Assembly (NCBI GenBank): GCA_964535015.1
Contig: CAZHRU010000003.1
Coordinates: 3,940-67,939 of the forward strand
Source of the DNA: an uncultured Verrucomicrobiota bacterium
GTDB taxonomy: Bacteria > Verrucomicrobiota > Kiritimatiellia > CAIKKV01 > CAITUY01
DNA: 64,000 nt
Direction: 5' to 3'
A program made the translations under genes and the position numbers. Every line of letters begins with the position of its first letter. Position 1 is the stretch's first letter. Shown here in pieces: positions 55,160-64,000 of the stretch. The notes under the pieces are model-generated. The model ran no database searches, was not told the DNA's origin, and saw nothing but the letters and a program-made list of their open reading frames with translations.

Positions 55160-56645
55160 CCCCGAGGTAGATCACTGCACTGAGAAGAACCAGATATCCG
55201 GCGCAATAGACGATGGTGGTTCTCAGGATTTCGTTTTGGCGGGATTCCACGCCGGCGATTGAGGCGCCCACCGAGATGCTTTGCGGGGAGATCATCTTGC
55301 CGGCGGTGGCACCCGAGGTGTTGGCGGCGGAAAGCCATGCGGGGTCGTAGCCTGTGTTGATGGCGGTTTGCTTCTGTAATGACCCCAGCAGGATGTTGGA
55401 CGAGGTGTCGCTGCCGGTCACAAAGGTTCCGATGGCGCCGAGCCACGGTGAGAGGAGGGGGAAATACCCGCCCACGGTGGATGCGAGCATTTTGGCGACG
55501 GAGGCGATCATGCCCGAGGCGGTCATGATCTTGGCCAGGATCAGGATCGAGATGACGACCACGGCGGTGCGCCGGAGTTTTGCGGCGGCCTGACCGACAA
55601 GGTGCAGGGATCGTTTGAAGGTCAGGCCGCCCGCAAGGGTGCCGATGAAGCCGGAAAGCATCAGGAGCGTTCCCGGCGAGGTGAGCAGATCCAGGGGGAC
55701 AGTGTGGCCGTTGCCGCCCAGTGACAGGACGAAAGGGGGCTTTTGGAGGATTTTGAGGGGGGTGAGGCGGGTGGCCAGGACCATAACGAGAAGGCAGATG
55801 AAGGGGAGAGAGGCGGTGAACAGGGAAGGTTCGCCGGGTTCGCGCGGAGTAACGGGCGTATTCTGCCTGAGGCAGTGACTGTAGGCGACATAAGCGAACA
55901 GGGAGATGAGGGATCCGCCGACGGCCACCAGTTCGGGGCCGGAGAACCAGGCGATGAGCAGTTGTGTTGTTGAGAAGACAACGCCGATAAACAGGGCTTC
56001 GAGCAGGGAGCGACGGGATCCGCGCCAGCCGCCGTTCGCCATGAGGACCAGGACGGATGGGATCAGGACGGCGAAGAGTGCCAATTGAACGGCCGTATGC
56101 CGGGTCAGGGTGGTGATGTCCAGTCCAGTTGCGTTGGCCAGGGCGAACATCGGGATGCCCAGGCCGCCAAAGGCGACGGGGACGGAATTGGCCACGAGGC
56201 AGATCACGGTGGCCCGAACGGGTTTGATGCCAAGGACAATCAGCATGCCAGCGGGGACGGCGACGGCGGAACCGAAGCCAGCCACGGATTCGAGGAATCC
56301 GCCCAGGCAGAAGGCGATCAGGACGACTTGGACGGGTCGGTCGGGTGTGACGGCCGTGATGAAGCGGCGGAACGTGTTGATGGCCTTGGTTTCCGTGCAG
56401 GCCAGGAAGACGAAGATGGCGGCGAGGATCACCCACAGGATGGGAACCACGGCGGTGACGGTTCCTTCGAAAGCGGCCCAACCGAGGAGGGGGAGGGAGG
56501 CGTTCCAACCGGACCAGGCGAGCAGGGCGGTCGCGGTGGCGGCCAACAGGGCGACAGCGTGGGCGGGACGTCTCGTGAAGCCCAGTCCGATGAAGAGCAA
56601 GACCAACGGGACCAACCCAACGAATCCTGAAGATAGATCAGTCAT
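55134..56645 (-). CDS. L-lactate permease (LctP family).
   Basis: Multi-TM protein with LctP-like segments ...ESVAGFGSAVAVPAGMLIVLGIKP... and GGLGIPMFALANATGLD. Start MTDLSSGF at 56645. 26-nt convergent overlap with the RND permease gene. Confidence 0.8.
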   Translation of the reverse strand: MTDLSSGFVGLVPLVLLFIGLGFTRRPAHAVALLAATATALLAWSGWNASLPLLGWAAFEGTVTAVVPILWVILAAIFVFLACTETKAINTFRRFITAVTPDRPVQVVLIAFCLGGFLESVAGFGSAVAVPAGMLIVLGIKPVRATVICLVANSVPVAFGGLGIPMFALANATGLDITTLTRHTAVQLALFAVLIPSVLVLMANGGWRGSRRSLLEALFIGVVFSTTQLLIAWFSGPELVAVGGSLISLFAYVAYSHCLRQNTPVTPREPGEPSLFTASLPFICLLVMVLATRLTPLKILQKPPFVLSLGGNGHTVPLDLLTSPGTLLMLSGFIGTLAGGLTFKRSLHLVGQAAAKLRRTAVVVISILILAKIMTASGMIASVAKMLASTVGGYFPLLSPWLGAIGTFVTGSDTSSNILLGSLQKQTAINTGYDPAWLSAANTSGATAGKMISPQSISVGASIAGVESRQNEILRTTIVYCAGYLVLLSAVIYLGATPDPSSP

Positions 56646-56808
56646 TTCGGCGTCCAAAAAGAGCGCAAGAATGTGACAGGGCGTGATGGAACGCAAGCCG
56701 CAACTGTGCGTGGATTATGGGTTGACTCAATTCGCCGCCTGCCTCATTGTTTTGGGCAAAGGGAAATTTGGATAATTGGCTGTTTCGCGGGGGAAAGGAA
56801 AAGTCACC

Positions 56809-57246
56809 ATGCCGTTGCCGTTGTATCCTGGATCCGAGGGGCTTTCGCTAATGGAATTGACGAGGCTGACGGCCATGGCGGCGGGGGCCGTGACGGGGGC
56901 GGCTGCAGGGTGGCTCTGCAAGCGCAGCATCGGACTTTCCCTGATTGCTTTCATGATTGGCATTATGGGGGGGCTGTTGATTGGGACCGGGATGGGGCGG
57001 TGGCTTTATGTGGCCGAGAACGGGATTGATTGTTACATCACGGCCGGTTTCGGGTGCCTGGTGTCAGCCGCTTTGTCCGCGCTGGCCGGATCTATTCCCA
57101 CGGCGCTGGTGATTTCAGCGGTGATTACCTTTTTGACGTTGCGGCACATGCATCCGCGGCCGCCGCGAATCCGAACGGGGCTGATGGCGGTGTGGTGCGG
57201 CGTGATCGGCGGGCTACTGACGGCGGTGTTCGTGGCGCTGGTGTAG
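56809..57246 (+). CDS. Small hypothetical integral membrane protein (4 TM).
   Basis: Gly/Ala-rich TM helices. Start uncertain (56776 / 56809). Confidence 0.4.
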   Translation: MPLPLYPGSEGLSLMELTRLTAMAAGAVTGAAAGWLCKRSIGLSLIAFMIGIMGGLLIGTGMGRWLYVAENGIDCYITAGFGCLVSAALSALAGSIPTALVISAVITFLTLRHMHPRPPRIRTGLMAVWCGVIGGLLTAVFVALV

Positions 57247-57250
57247 AGGC

Positions 57251-58561
57251 TCAGGCCTTGACGATGTTGCGGGCGGGTTTGGAATAGACGCCCCGCGTAT
57301 CCACGATCAACTTCGCGTGCCTTTTCAGCATCTTGTAGTCGAACGCCGAATGGTGTGTGGCCAGCAGGATGGCATCGTAGGAGGCGATGGTTCGCGGGGT
57401 CAGGGGCACGCTTTTCAGAGTGAAATGATGTTCCCGCATTTTTGGGAAGACCGGGAAGTAAGGGTCGGAGTAGGCGTACCGGGCTCCCCGTTTGCGCAGG
57501 AGTTCCAGCAGGATCATGGAGGGAGACTCGCGAGGGTCGTCCACGTCCTTCTTGTAGGAGAGGCCGAGGAGGAGGATGCGGCTGTTCTTGACTGATTTGC
57601 CGCGCTCGTTAAGGGCCTCGGCCAGTTTGCCGATGACCCATTCCGGCATGCCGCTGTTCACTTCGCCGGCCAGTTCGATGAAGCGGGTATGGACGCCGTA
57701 TTCCCGGGCCTTCCACGTCAGGTAGAAGGGGTCGATGGGGATGCAGTGGCCGCCGAGGCCGGGGCCGGGTTGGTAAGGGACGAAGCCGAACGGTTTGGTG
57801 GAGGCCGCCTCGATGACCTCGTGGATATCAATGCCCATGCGGTCGGCCACGATCTTCATTTCGTTTACCAATCCGATATTGACGGAGCGGTGGATGTTTT
57901 CCAGGAGTTTGGTCATCTCGGCCACGCGGGTGGAACTGACGGGGACGACCCGGTCAATGGCCTTGCCGTAGAGGGCTAAGCCGGCGGCGAGGCAGGCGGG
58001 GGTGACGCCGCCGCAGACCTTGGGGATGGAACGGGTATTGAACTTCGGGTTGCCGGGGTCCTCGCGTTCGGGCGAGAAGACCACGAAGTAGTCCTCACCG
58101 ATGGTGAAGCCGCGCGCGGCGATACGCGGGACGAGTTCCTCGTCGGTGGTGCCGGGATAGGTGGTGCTTTCCAGCGACATGATCTGGCCGGCGCGGATAT
58201 GGGGGACGAGTGACTCGACGGTGCCGACGACGAAACTCAGGTCCGGTTCGCGGTGTTCATCGAGTGGGGTGGGGACGCAGATGATGAGGGCGTCGGTCTT
58301 GCGGGCGCGGGCGAAGTCGGTGGTGGCCTCGAAGCCGGATTTGCGGGCGCGGCGGAGCGCCTGGGCGGGAATATGTTTGATGTAACTTTTCCCGGCGGTG
58401 AGCAGTTTGACCTTATGTGGGTCAATATCGATGCCGAGGACCTTGTAGCCTTCCTCGATAAAGCGCAGGACGAGCGGGAGGCCGACATAGCCCAATCCCA
58501 CGATGCCGATGACGGCGGACTTGCGATCGAGTTTGCGGATCAGTTTGGTTTTGTAGTCCAT
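57251..58561 (-). CDS. Nucleotide-sugar dehydrogenase (UDP-glucose / UDP-N-acetyl-D-mannosamine dehydrogenase family, WecC/TviB-like).
   Basis: N-terminal Rossmann motif [14 protein letters not shown]. Catalytic Cys region ...[10 protein letters not shown].... Start MDYKTKL at 58561. Confidence 0.85.
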   Translation of the reverse strand: MDYKTKLIRKLDRKSAVIGIVGLGYVGLPLVLRFIEEGYKVLGIDIDPHKVKLLTAGKSYIKHIPAQALRRARKSGFEATTDFARARKTDALIICVPTPLDEHREPDLSFVVGTVESLVPHIRAGQIMSLESTTYPGTTDEELVPRIAARGFTIGEDYFVVFSPEREDPGNPKFNTRSIPKVCGGVTPACLAAGLALYGKAIDRVVPVSSTRVAEMTKLLENIHRSVNIGLVNEMKIVADRMGIDIHEVIEAASTKPFGFVPYQPGPGLGGHCIPIDPFYLTWKAREYGVHTRFIELAGEVNSGMPEWVIGKLAEALNERGKSVKNSRILLLGLSYKKDVDDPRESPSMILLELLRKRGARYAYSDPYFPVFPKMREHHFTLKSVPLTPRTIASYDAILLATHHSAFDYKMLKRHAKLIVDTRGVYSKPARNIVKA

Positions 58562-58731
58562 GGTGTTTGCCTCCCCCTGAGTCAATGTAGAACCGACTGT
58601 CTGGTATTTAACCACGAAGGGTGCGAAGGACACAAAGGAAATAGTGACCCGCCATTTGGCGAAGTCGGCAAACAAAGATTGCCGATCGATTTCCTGTCCG
58701 GATTTGCCTTCTGCTGCAGCATACTAGTAGA

Positions 58732-60870
58732 ATGAGCGATGTCATGAACGACAGGGAATTGTTGCAGGCGTTTGCCCGGCAGAAGTCGGGATCGGCGTTC
58801 GCGGAACTGGTGCGCCGCCACGGCAAACTGGTCTATTCCTGTGCCCGGCAACGTGTGGGCGACCCCCACGCCGCCGAGGACATTACCCAGTCGGTCTTCC
58901 TCGCTCTGGCCATCAAAGCCCCCAAACTGCCGGCCGACGTTGTCTTGCCGGGATGGTTGTATCGGGCCACCCGGTTTGCGGCGGCCGAATACCACAGGCG
59001 GGAACAACACCGCCGGGAGAGGGAAATGCGAGCCAGCGAACACCAACAGATCCATGGGGCCACCGACGACACAGTCGCGCTTTGGGAGGCAATCCGCCCC
59101 CACCTGGCCGAGGCGCTCGACGGGTTGTCATCCGCCGACCGTGATGCGGTTTTGCTGCGGTTCTACGAACAGGCGAGTTACCCGCAGATCGCAGAGACGT
59201 TGCGGATGTCGCACGATTCCGCCCGCAAGCGGGTGGATCGGGCGCTGGACAAACTGCGCCGATTCTTCACCAAGAAAGGCATCGGAATCGGCACGGGTGC
59301 ACTGGCGGCCTTGCTTTCCGCGGAAGCCGGAGCCGTAACTCTCCCGGCAACATTTGTGTCCGCCACGGTCAAGGGAGCGACCTTGGTTGCGGGTGGAAAA
59401 TTGGCGGCAGGCGTTGGTGTCGGCATGGTGTCGGCCCACGTTGCCGCGTTAACGAAAGGAGCCCTGAAGATGATATTCATTGCCAAAGTAAAAACCGCCG
59501 CCCTGATTGCTGCCGCCTGTGTCGTCGTGGCCGGTAGCGGGGTGGTTGTCGCCAAACAACTCGTTGTGTCTTCGACACCAGTGCCATCTGAAACGAAAGT
59601 TGCGGTGCCGGTAGCCACACCTGTTCTGGTCGCACCCGCACCCGCCCCAGTCACGCCCGATCAACCGCCGACTGTGACACCGGCCCCGGCTTCCTCCAAG
59701 GTCGCCGACCAGTCAGTCCATTTCACCGAGGCAGACAACGGCAAGACGGTGACGGTCACAGTGGGGCAGACCTTCGAAATCGTACTCCGCAGTAGCCAGA
59801 AACTGACGGGTTGGGAAGGTGGACGGCCTGATGGCGAGAACGTCGTGCGGTTGAGTGAGGAAAAAGGGTTCCAGTACCGTGCGGTAAAGGTCGGCCGGTG
59901 CTTGATCCAGTTGGATCTCGTTTATCCGAGCGGTCCGGAGGTGACAACGCGCAGGAAAGCCGAGTTGAGGGGCCGTTTCAAATTGACGGTGCAGGTGCGG
60001 GCGGCGGACGAGACGTCGGCCACGACGCAGCCGATCCGGCTGGCCAACGGTTTGGAGTTGGTGGCATTTGGCCCAAGTCAGGCCGACGCGCCGACGCGAA
60101 CGCGGGCGACGCCGTTGACGCTGGGCGTGCGGGTCACCAACCCGACCGCGCAACCGCAGGAGTTCTGGCCGCACAAAGTTCAGATCCTGCTTCGCTGGGG
60201 CCGCGGCGAACTGCGGACGGTTGGCATTAATGTGGATGTTACGGCGCGTGCGCGTGCCATCAGCATCCCGGCGGGTGGCACCCAGTCGTTCCCGTTGACC
60301 GATGCTCGGTTCAGTTACGGCGGCAAGCCGCCGTACCTGGCGTTTTACAGTGCCTCGTTGCACCCGGGCGCGTACTATGAGCAGGAGGTGAAGGGCGAAG
60401 CAGGCCAAGTCGGGTTCGCGTTTGAGTACCAAGAGGACAACGCCAGCCCGCGCACCGTCGAGATTATCTGCCGGCTGGTCGCTGCGCCTGCGGCGGCAGC
60501 CCCTGCCGTCAACGAGTACGTCGCCCAGCAGATCGCGCAACTTTGGGTCACCGCACTGTTGCAGGGCCGTGTCGAGCAAGTCGTGGCGGTCTCGGACGTG
60601 CCGTTCGTCTGGGACGAACGCGAGGTGGTGAAGACCGCTGAGGAACTCAAAACCAAGATTGAGGGCGTGATCAAGACGAAGGGCGTACGCAACCTGCAAG
60701 CCGGGGAGGCCACATTCCTCAAGGATGCGGAAGTCGCGCAGGCGGCGGATCGGTTCAACATGCTCGACGTTGCCGGGTTGGCCTTCGTGTTGGTGAAGAT
60801 CGATACGGAAGGTGTGCTTCTGGCCATCAAGTCCGGCAACCAATTGAAGGTGGGCGGTTTCAGTGATTGA
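58732..60870 (+). CDS. ECF (group 4) sigma-70 factor fused to a transmembrane segment and a ~430-aa extracytoplasmic domain (one-component sigma/anti-sigma-like protein).
   Basis: Sigma region 2 ELVRRHGKLVYSCARQRVGDPHAAEDITQSVFL. Region 4 DRDAVLLRFYEQASYPQIAETLRMSHDSARKRVDRAL. Conserved hydrophobic block ...GKLAAGVGVGMVSAHVAALTKGALKMIFIAKVKTAALIAAACVVVAG. Confidence 0.7.
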   Translation: MSDVMNDRELLQAFARQKSGSAFAELVRRHGKLVYSCARQRVGDPHAAEDITQSVFLALAIKAPKLPADVVLPGWLYRATRFAAAEYHRREQHRREREMRASEHQQIHGATDDTVALWEAIRPHLAEALDGLSSADRDAVLLRFYEQASYPQIAETLRMSHDSARKRVDRALDKLRRFFTKKGIGIGTGALAALLSAEAGAVTLPATFVSATVKGATLVAGGKLAAGVGVGMVSAHVAALTKGALKMIFIAKVKTAALIAAACVVVAGSGVVVAKQLVVSSTPVPSETKVAVPVATPVLVAPAPAPVTPDQPPTVTPAPASSKVADQSVHFTEADNGKTVTVTVGQTFEIVLRSSQKLTGWEGGRPDGENVVRLSEEKGFQYRAVKVGRCLIQLDLVYPSGPEVTTRRKAELRGRFKLTVQVRAADETSATTQPIRLANGLELVAFGPSQADAPTRTRATPLTLGVRVTNPTAQPQEFWPHKVQILLRWGRGELRTVGINVDVTARARAISIPAGGTQSFPLTDARFSYGGKPPYLAFYSASLHPGAYYEQEVKGEAGQVGFAFEYQEDNASPRTVEIICRLVAAPAAAAPAVNEYVAQQIAQLWVTALLQGRVEQVVAVSDVPFVWDEREVVKTAEELKTKIEGVIKTKGVRNLQAGEATFLKDAEVAQAADRFNMLDVAGLAFVLVKIDTEGVLLAIKSGNQLKVGGFSD

Positions 60871-61153
60871 CGTGGGCCGATCTTGATACGTCCGCCATTT
60901 CGGTCTGTTGGTGTACCGGCGCTTCTGCGACGACTAAGACCGCACAATCTATTGAGACTGCGGAGATTGGCGAGGGGCGACTAGGTTCGCTGCCGAGGCA
61001 TAACTCGTTGAGTGGAAAAGTATAACATGCAAAACGACTCCCTGTCGGAATAAAGTGATAGATTGTGTGTCCCTAAGCGACTTAGTCAGTCTTCGAAGAT
61101 TTATGATATTTATTGTCACAGTGAGGGAACGAGATACGGATAGGTTGGTAAGA

Positions 61154-62449
61154 ATGCAGAATGGAATTCAACAGAACCAGGCGAGGACCGACGGCGAAAT
61201 GCTGGCGGCCTTTGTGTCCGGCGGGGATGAACAGGCGTTTGCCACAGTCATCCAGCGACACGGACGAATGGTTGCGGGTGTAGCGCACGGTATTCTTGGG
61301 GACTGGCACGAAGCGCAGGACGTTGCCCAGGCGGTGTTTCTAGTGTTGGCCCGTAAAGCGGGTCGGCTCCAGGCATCCCTGAGCGTCGCTCCATGGTTGC
61401 ATCGTGTAGCCCATGATGTTGCTGTGGACGCCCTGCGACGCCGGCAGAGCCGGAGTCGCCATGAAAGAGATGGGGACCTAATGAACTTGCCGTATACTTC
61501 CGTGAAGTCGCTGGAGTCCATGAGTGGTGATCAGCGTCGGCAACTGCAGGAGCAGTTGGGTCGTCTGCCTGACAGGTATCGTGCACCGTTGGTGCTATGT
61601 TACCTGGAGGGTCAGACCTCTGAACAGGCGGCGCAGATGCTGGGGTTGGAGGCCGGCACATTACGCAAGCGACTGGAAAGGGGTAGGGACCGGTTACGGC
61701 AACGACTGGCACGGGCCGGTTGGGTGGTTACGACTGGGACGTTGATGACATTGCTTTCTGCGGAAACCGGGGCCGCTGTCCTCCCGGCGTCATACATCTC
61801 CGCCACGGTTAAGGCTTGTAGCCTGGTTGCGACGGGGAAATTTGCGGCTGGAGTGGGGGTGGGAATAATCTCGCCCAACGTGGCCGCGCTTACGAAAGGG
61901 ACCCTGCATATGTTGTTTATCAGCAAACTCAAAACTGCCATTGTAGTCGCCACCGCCTCTGTTGCCGTTGTTGGCACTGGCATTGTGACCGCGACGCAAC
62001 AAGGTCAGTCGCCAATGGCGGCTCCTGTTGCCGTAACGAAAGGTCAGTCCTCGATCAGTCAAACACCGGCCCGACAGACGCAAGTGCAAAGCGTTGCGGT
62101 CCCTGCGAAGGCGCTGGTGCCGAGTTCGGCGCCAGATGGCATCTGGGTTCCCATTGACCCCGGGGCTGCAAGAGTGAACGCGGGTACGGGGACACAAGGC
62201 CAGTCGCCGGCAGTATCTGTGCATAGTGTAAAAGGTCAAATTGTGTCAATCAACGAAAGTCGCCTGACGCTCCGCGTATCTGGGGGGCAAAGTAGTGATA
62301 TGCTTTGCAGTGTCGGCCCGGGCACCACGGTCATACTGATGGGCGGGAAGCAGGGGGCGCTGACCGATCTCAATGCGAGTCAGATGGTGAAAGCGACCTT
62401 GGACTCGCAATGGAAGCAGGTAATAAAAATTGAAATCGTCGAGCGGTGA
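61154..62449 (+). CDS. Paralogous ECF sigma factor fused to a TM segment and a C-terminal extracytoplasmic domain.
   Basis: Sigma region 2 ATVIQRHGRMVAGVAHGILGDWHEAQDVAQAVFL. Region 4 PLVLCYLEGQTSEQAAQMLGLEAGTLRKRLERGRDRL. TM block GKFAAGVGVGIISPNVAALTKGTLHMLFISKLKTAIVVATASVAVVG is nearly identical to the preceding gene. Confidence 0.7.
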   Translation: MQNGIQQNQARTDGEMLAAFVSGGDEQAFATVIQRHGRMVAGVAHGILGDWHEAQDVAQAVFLVLARKAGRLQASLSVAPWLHRVAHDVAVDALRRRQSRSRHERDGDLMNLPYTSVKSLESMSGDQRRQLQEQLGRLPDRYRAPLVLCYLEGQTSEQAAQMLGLEAGTLRKRLERGRDRLRQRLARAGWVVTTGTLMTLLSAETGAAVLPASYISATVKACSLVATGKFAAGVGVGIISPNVAALTKGTLHMLFISKLKTAIVVATASVAVVGTGIVTATQQGQSPMAAPVAVTKGQSSISQTPARQTQVQSVAVPAKALVPSSAPDGIWVPIDPGAARVNAGTGTQGQSPAVSVHSVKGQIVSINESRLTLRVSGGQSSDMLCSVGPGTTVILMGGKQGALTDLNASQMVKATLDSQWKQVIKIEIVER

Positions 62450-62469
62450 GATGATGGAATCGTAATTGA

Positions 62470-62506
62470 AGACCGGATAGTCTGGCGGACTATCCGGTCT
62501 TATTGA
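62470..62506 (+). terminator. Rho-independent terminator of the ECF-fusion gene.
   Basis: Perfect 13-bp stem AGACCGGATAGTC-tggcg-GACTATCCGGTCT followed by TATTGA. Confidence 0.7.
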
Positions 62507-62771
62507 GGGGACTAGGGCAAGAGGAGTAATCCAAGAGGAATGGTTCGGGGTGATGTTGGGTTATGACAATTTGCATGTCCCTAGTGTCCTGAACCGGATA
62601 ATGTGCCTAATCATCTCGCCGAGACCATAGGCCACCGTCATTTCCTGGCTTTCAACGTTCGTGCCCTTAACGGGGCGGTCTTGCCCCTCCTAAAAAAGGC
62701 TAAACTGCTACTAGTTTCTAGGCCTGATCCTAACGTCCCTCGGGGATCGACACCAAAACTCGGAGATGCGT

Positions 62772-63887
62772 CTATTGCGCGAAGAACTCCTTGATGTTTT
62801 GGACGACCCAGTCCGCCTGGGCATCGGAAAGTTCGGGGTAGATGGGAAGGGCGAGGGTTTCGAGGGCGGCGCGTTCGCTTTCGGGGAAGTCGCCTTTCTT
62901 GTGGCCGAGGTAGGCGAAGCAGTCCTGCAGGTGCAGAGGGAGCGGGTAGTAGACCTCGACGCCGATGTCCCGTTTCTGGAGGAAGGCGCGCAGGTCGTCC
63001 CGGCGGGGTGTGCGGATGATGTACTGGTTGAAGACATGGCGCGACATGACGGTGGGCGGCAGGCGGAGGGGGTTGTTTGCGAGTCCGGCGGCGGCGAAGA
63101 GGCGGTCATAGCGGGCCGCGTTGGCCTGCCGCTGGCGGGTCCAGGCGTCCAGGTGGTTGAGTTTCACGTTGACCACGGCGGCCTGCAGGGCATCGAGGCG
63201 GAAGTTGCCGCCGAGGAGGTGGTGGAAGTACTTGGGTTCCATGCCGTGGACACGCAGGACGGCCAGGCGGGTGGCACGGTCCTTGTCCAGGCAGGTGATG
63301 GCGCCGCCATCGCCTGCGCCGCCGAGGTTCTTGGAGGGGAAGAACGAGAAGCAGCCGTAGGTGCCGATGGTGCCGGCGCGCCGTCCTTTGTATTCCGCGC
63401 CGATGGACTGGCAGGCGTCCTCGATGACGGCGAGTTTGCGGCGGTTGGCGATGGCCATGATGGGGTCCATGTCGGCCATCTGGCCATAGAGATGGACGGG
63501 CATGATGGCGCGGGTCTTTGGGGTGATGGCGGCTTCGATTGTGGTGACATTGATGTTGAAGGTGGCCGGTTCGATATCCACGAAGACGGGGCGGGCGCCG
63601 AGGCGTGCGATGGAACCGGCGGTGGCGAAGAAGGTGTAGGGGGTGGTGATGACTTCGTCGCCGGGGCCGACGCCTTCGGCCATGAGGGCGAGGAGCAGGG
63701 CGTCGGTTCCGGAGGAGACGCCGATGGCGTGGGGGCAGTGGCAGTAGGCGGCGAGGGACTCCTCGCAGGCCTTGACGTTGGGGCCCATGATGAAGTACTG
63801 GGATTCGAATACCTGCGCCACGGCGGCGTCAATCTCGCTACGGATGCTTTGGTACTGCGCTTTCAGATCCAACAACGGTACGTTCAT
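62772..63887 (-). CDS. DegT/DnrJ/EryC1/StrS-family PLP-dependent sugar aminotransferase.
   Basis: N-terminal segment [23 protein letters not shown]...[17 protein letters not shown]. Family segment ...[17 protein letters not shown].... Start at 63887. Confidence 0.85.
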   Translation of the reverse strand: MNVPLLDLKAQYQSIRSEIDAAVAQVFESQYFIMGPNVKACEESLAAYCHCPHAIGVSSGTDALLLALMAEGVGPGDEVITTPYTFFATAGSIARLGARPVFVDIEPATFNINVTTIEAAITPKTRAIMPVHLYGQMADMDPIMAIANRRKLAVIEDACQSIGAEYKGRRAGTIGTYGCFSFFPSKNLGGAGDGGAITCLDKDRATRLAVLRVHGMEPKYFHHLLGGNFRLDALQAAVVNVKLNHLDAWTRQRQANAARYDRLFAAAGLANNPLRLPPTVMSRHVFNQYIIRTPRRDDLRAFLQKRDIGVEVYYPLPLHLQDCFAYLGHKKGDFPESERAALETLALPIYPELSDAQADWVVQNIKEFFAQ

Positions 63888-64000
63888 TGCATATTCTCCT
63901 GGAAGGGATTCAACCACAACGGGGACGAGAAGGGGGCGGGAGTATTAACATGGATAGGCAGGATGGACAGGATGGGGAGAGGGGAAGGTGCGGGGAGGAT

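Noticed and set aside
62520-62771. Small ORF 62603..62794, and a GGGGCGGTCTTGCCCC hairpin followed by an A-run.
   Set aside because: 63-aa ORF with no motif, in a low-GC promoter or terminator region. On the + strand the hairpin is followed by A-rich rather than U-rich sequence. On the - strand the U-run precedes the hairpin. It is therefore not a canonical terminator for either strand.
1-64000. Scan for tRNA/rRNA genes, transposases, integrases, toxin-antitoxin or defence-system hallmarks.
   Set aside because: No T-arm (GGTTCGAATCC-like) motifs in intergenic regions, no rRNA-like conserved blocks, and no DDE transposase, tyrosine recombinase or Cas motifs were found in any frame.

Overview
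High-GC (~62-65%) chromosomal window from a diderm (Gram-negative-type) bacterium, densely coding on both strands. FadL/TolC/porin-type outer-membrane proteins and abundant sigma-54-type and two-component signalling genes are present; the taxon cannot be named from sequence alone.

Housekeeping blocks recognised by motif:
- rpmH-rnpA-yidD-yidC-plsY-gpsA
- purD-purE
- tsaC(yrdC)/LMW-PTP, rpiB/glyA, nth
- glnK-amt
- a TetR-regulated RND efflux operon
- a lactate permease
- cell-surface sugar genes: FKP-like fucokinase/GDP-fucose pyrophosphorylase, a nucleotide-sugar dehydrogenase, a DegT aminotransferase

Most unusual content:
1. A signalling-rich lipid-associated neighbourhood (coords ~1-19400). 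A FabF-like KAS is the first gene of a KAS-HK-HK-NtrC(sigma-54) operon. Divergent from it lies a low-GC O-methyltransferase, then a FadL-family porin and a REC-HK hybrid. Convergent with these is an operon of a REC-HK-REC hybrid kinase, a double-receiver regulator and two tandem B12-binding radical-SAM enzymes. This is a candidate undescribed, phosphorelay-controlled lipid or hydrophobic-metabolite modification system.
2. Three apparent in-frame gene fusions: PyrC-AroK, TsaC-LMW-PTP and RpiB-GlyA. The last two preserve the ywlC-ywlE-ywlF-glyA synteny of Bacillus.
3. Several families of short intergenic/intragenic repeats:
- TTGATGG heptamer tracts, two of them in-frame inside pyrC
- a double GNRA-hairpin element present twice
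- CCACCGG-loop-CCGGTGG hairpin repeats with a 27-bp tandem array
- palindromic candidate operators
4. A 946-aa lipoprotein built from more than 15 W/Y/P-rich tandem modules.
5. Two tandem paralogous ECF-sigma/transmembrane/extracytoplasmic-domain fusion proteins.

No rRNA, tRNA, CRISPR array, transposase or integrase was recognised. Coordinates of CDS starts were refined by hand from the six-frame track (conserved N-termini, RBS) and carry +/- a few codons of uncertainty.
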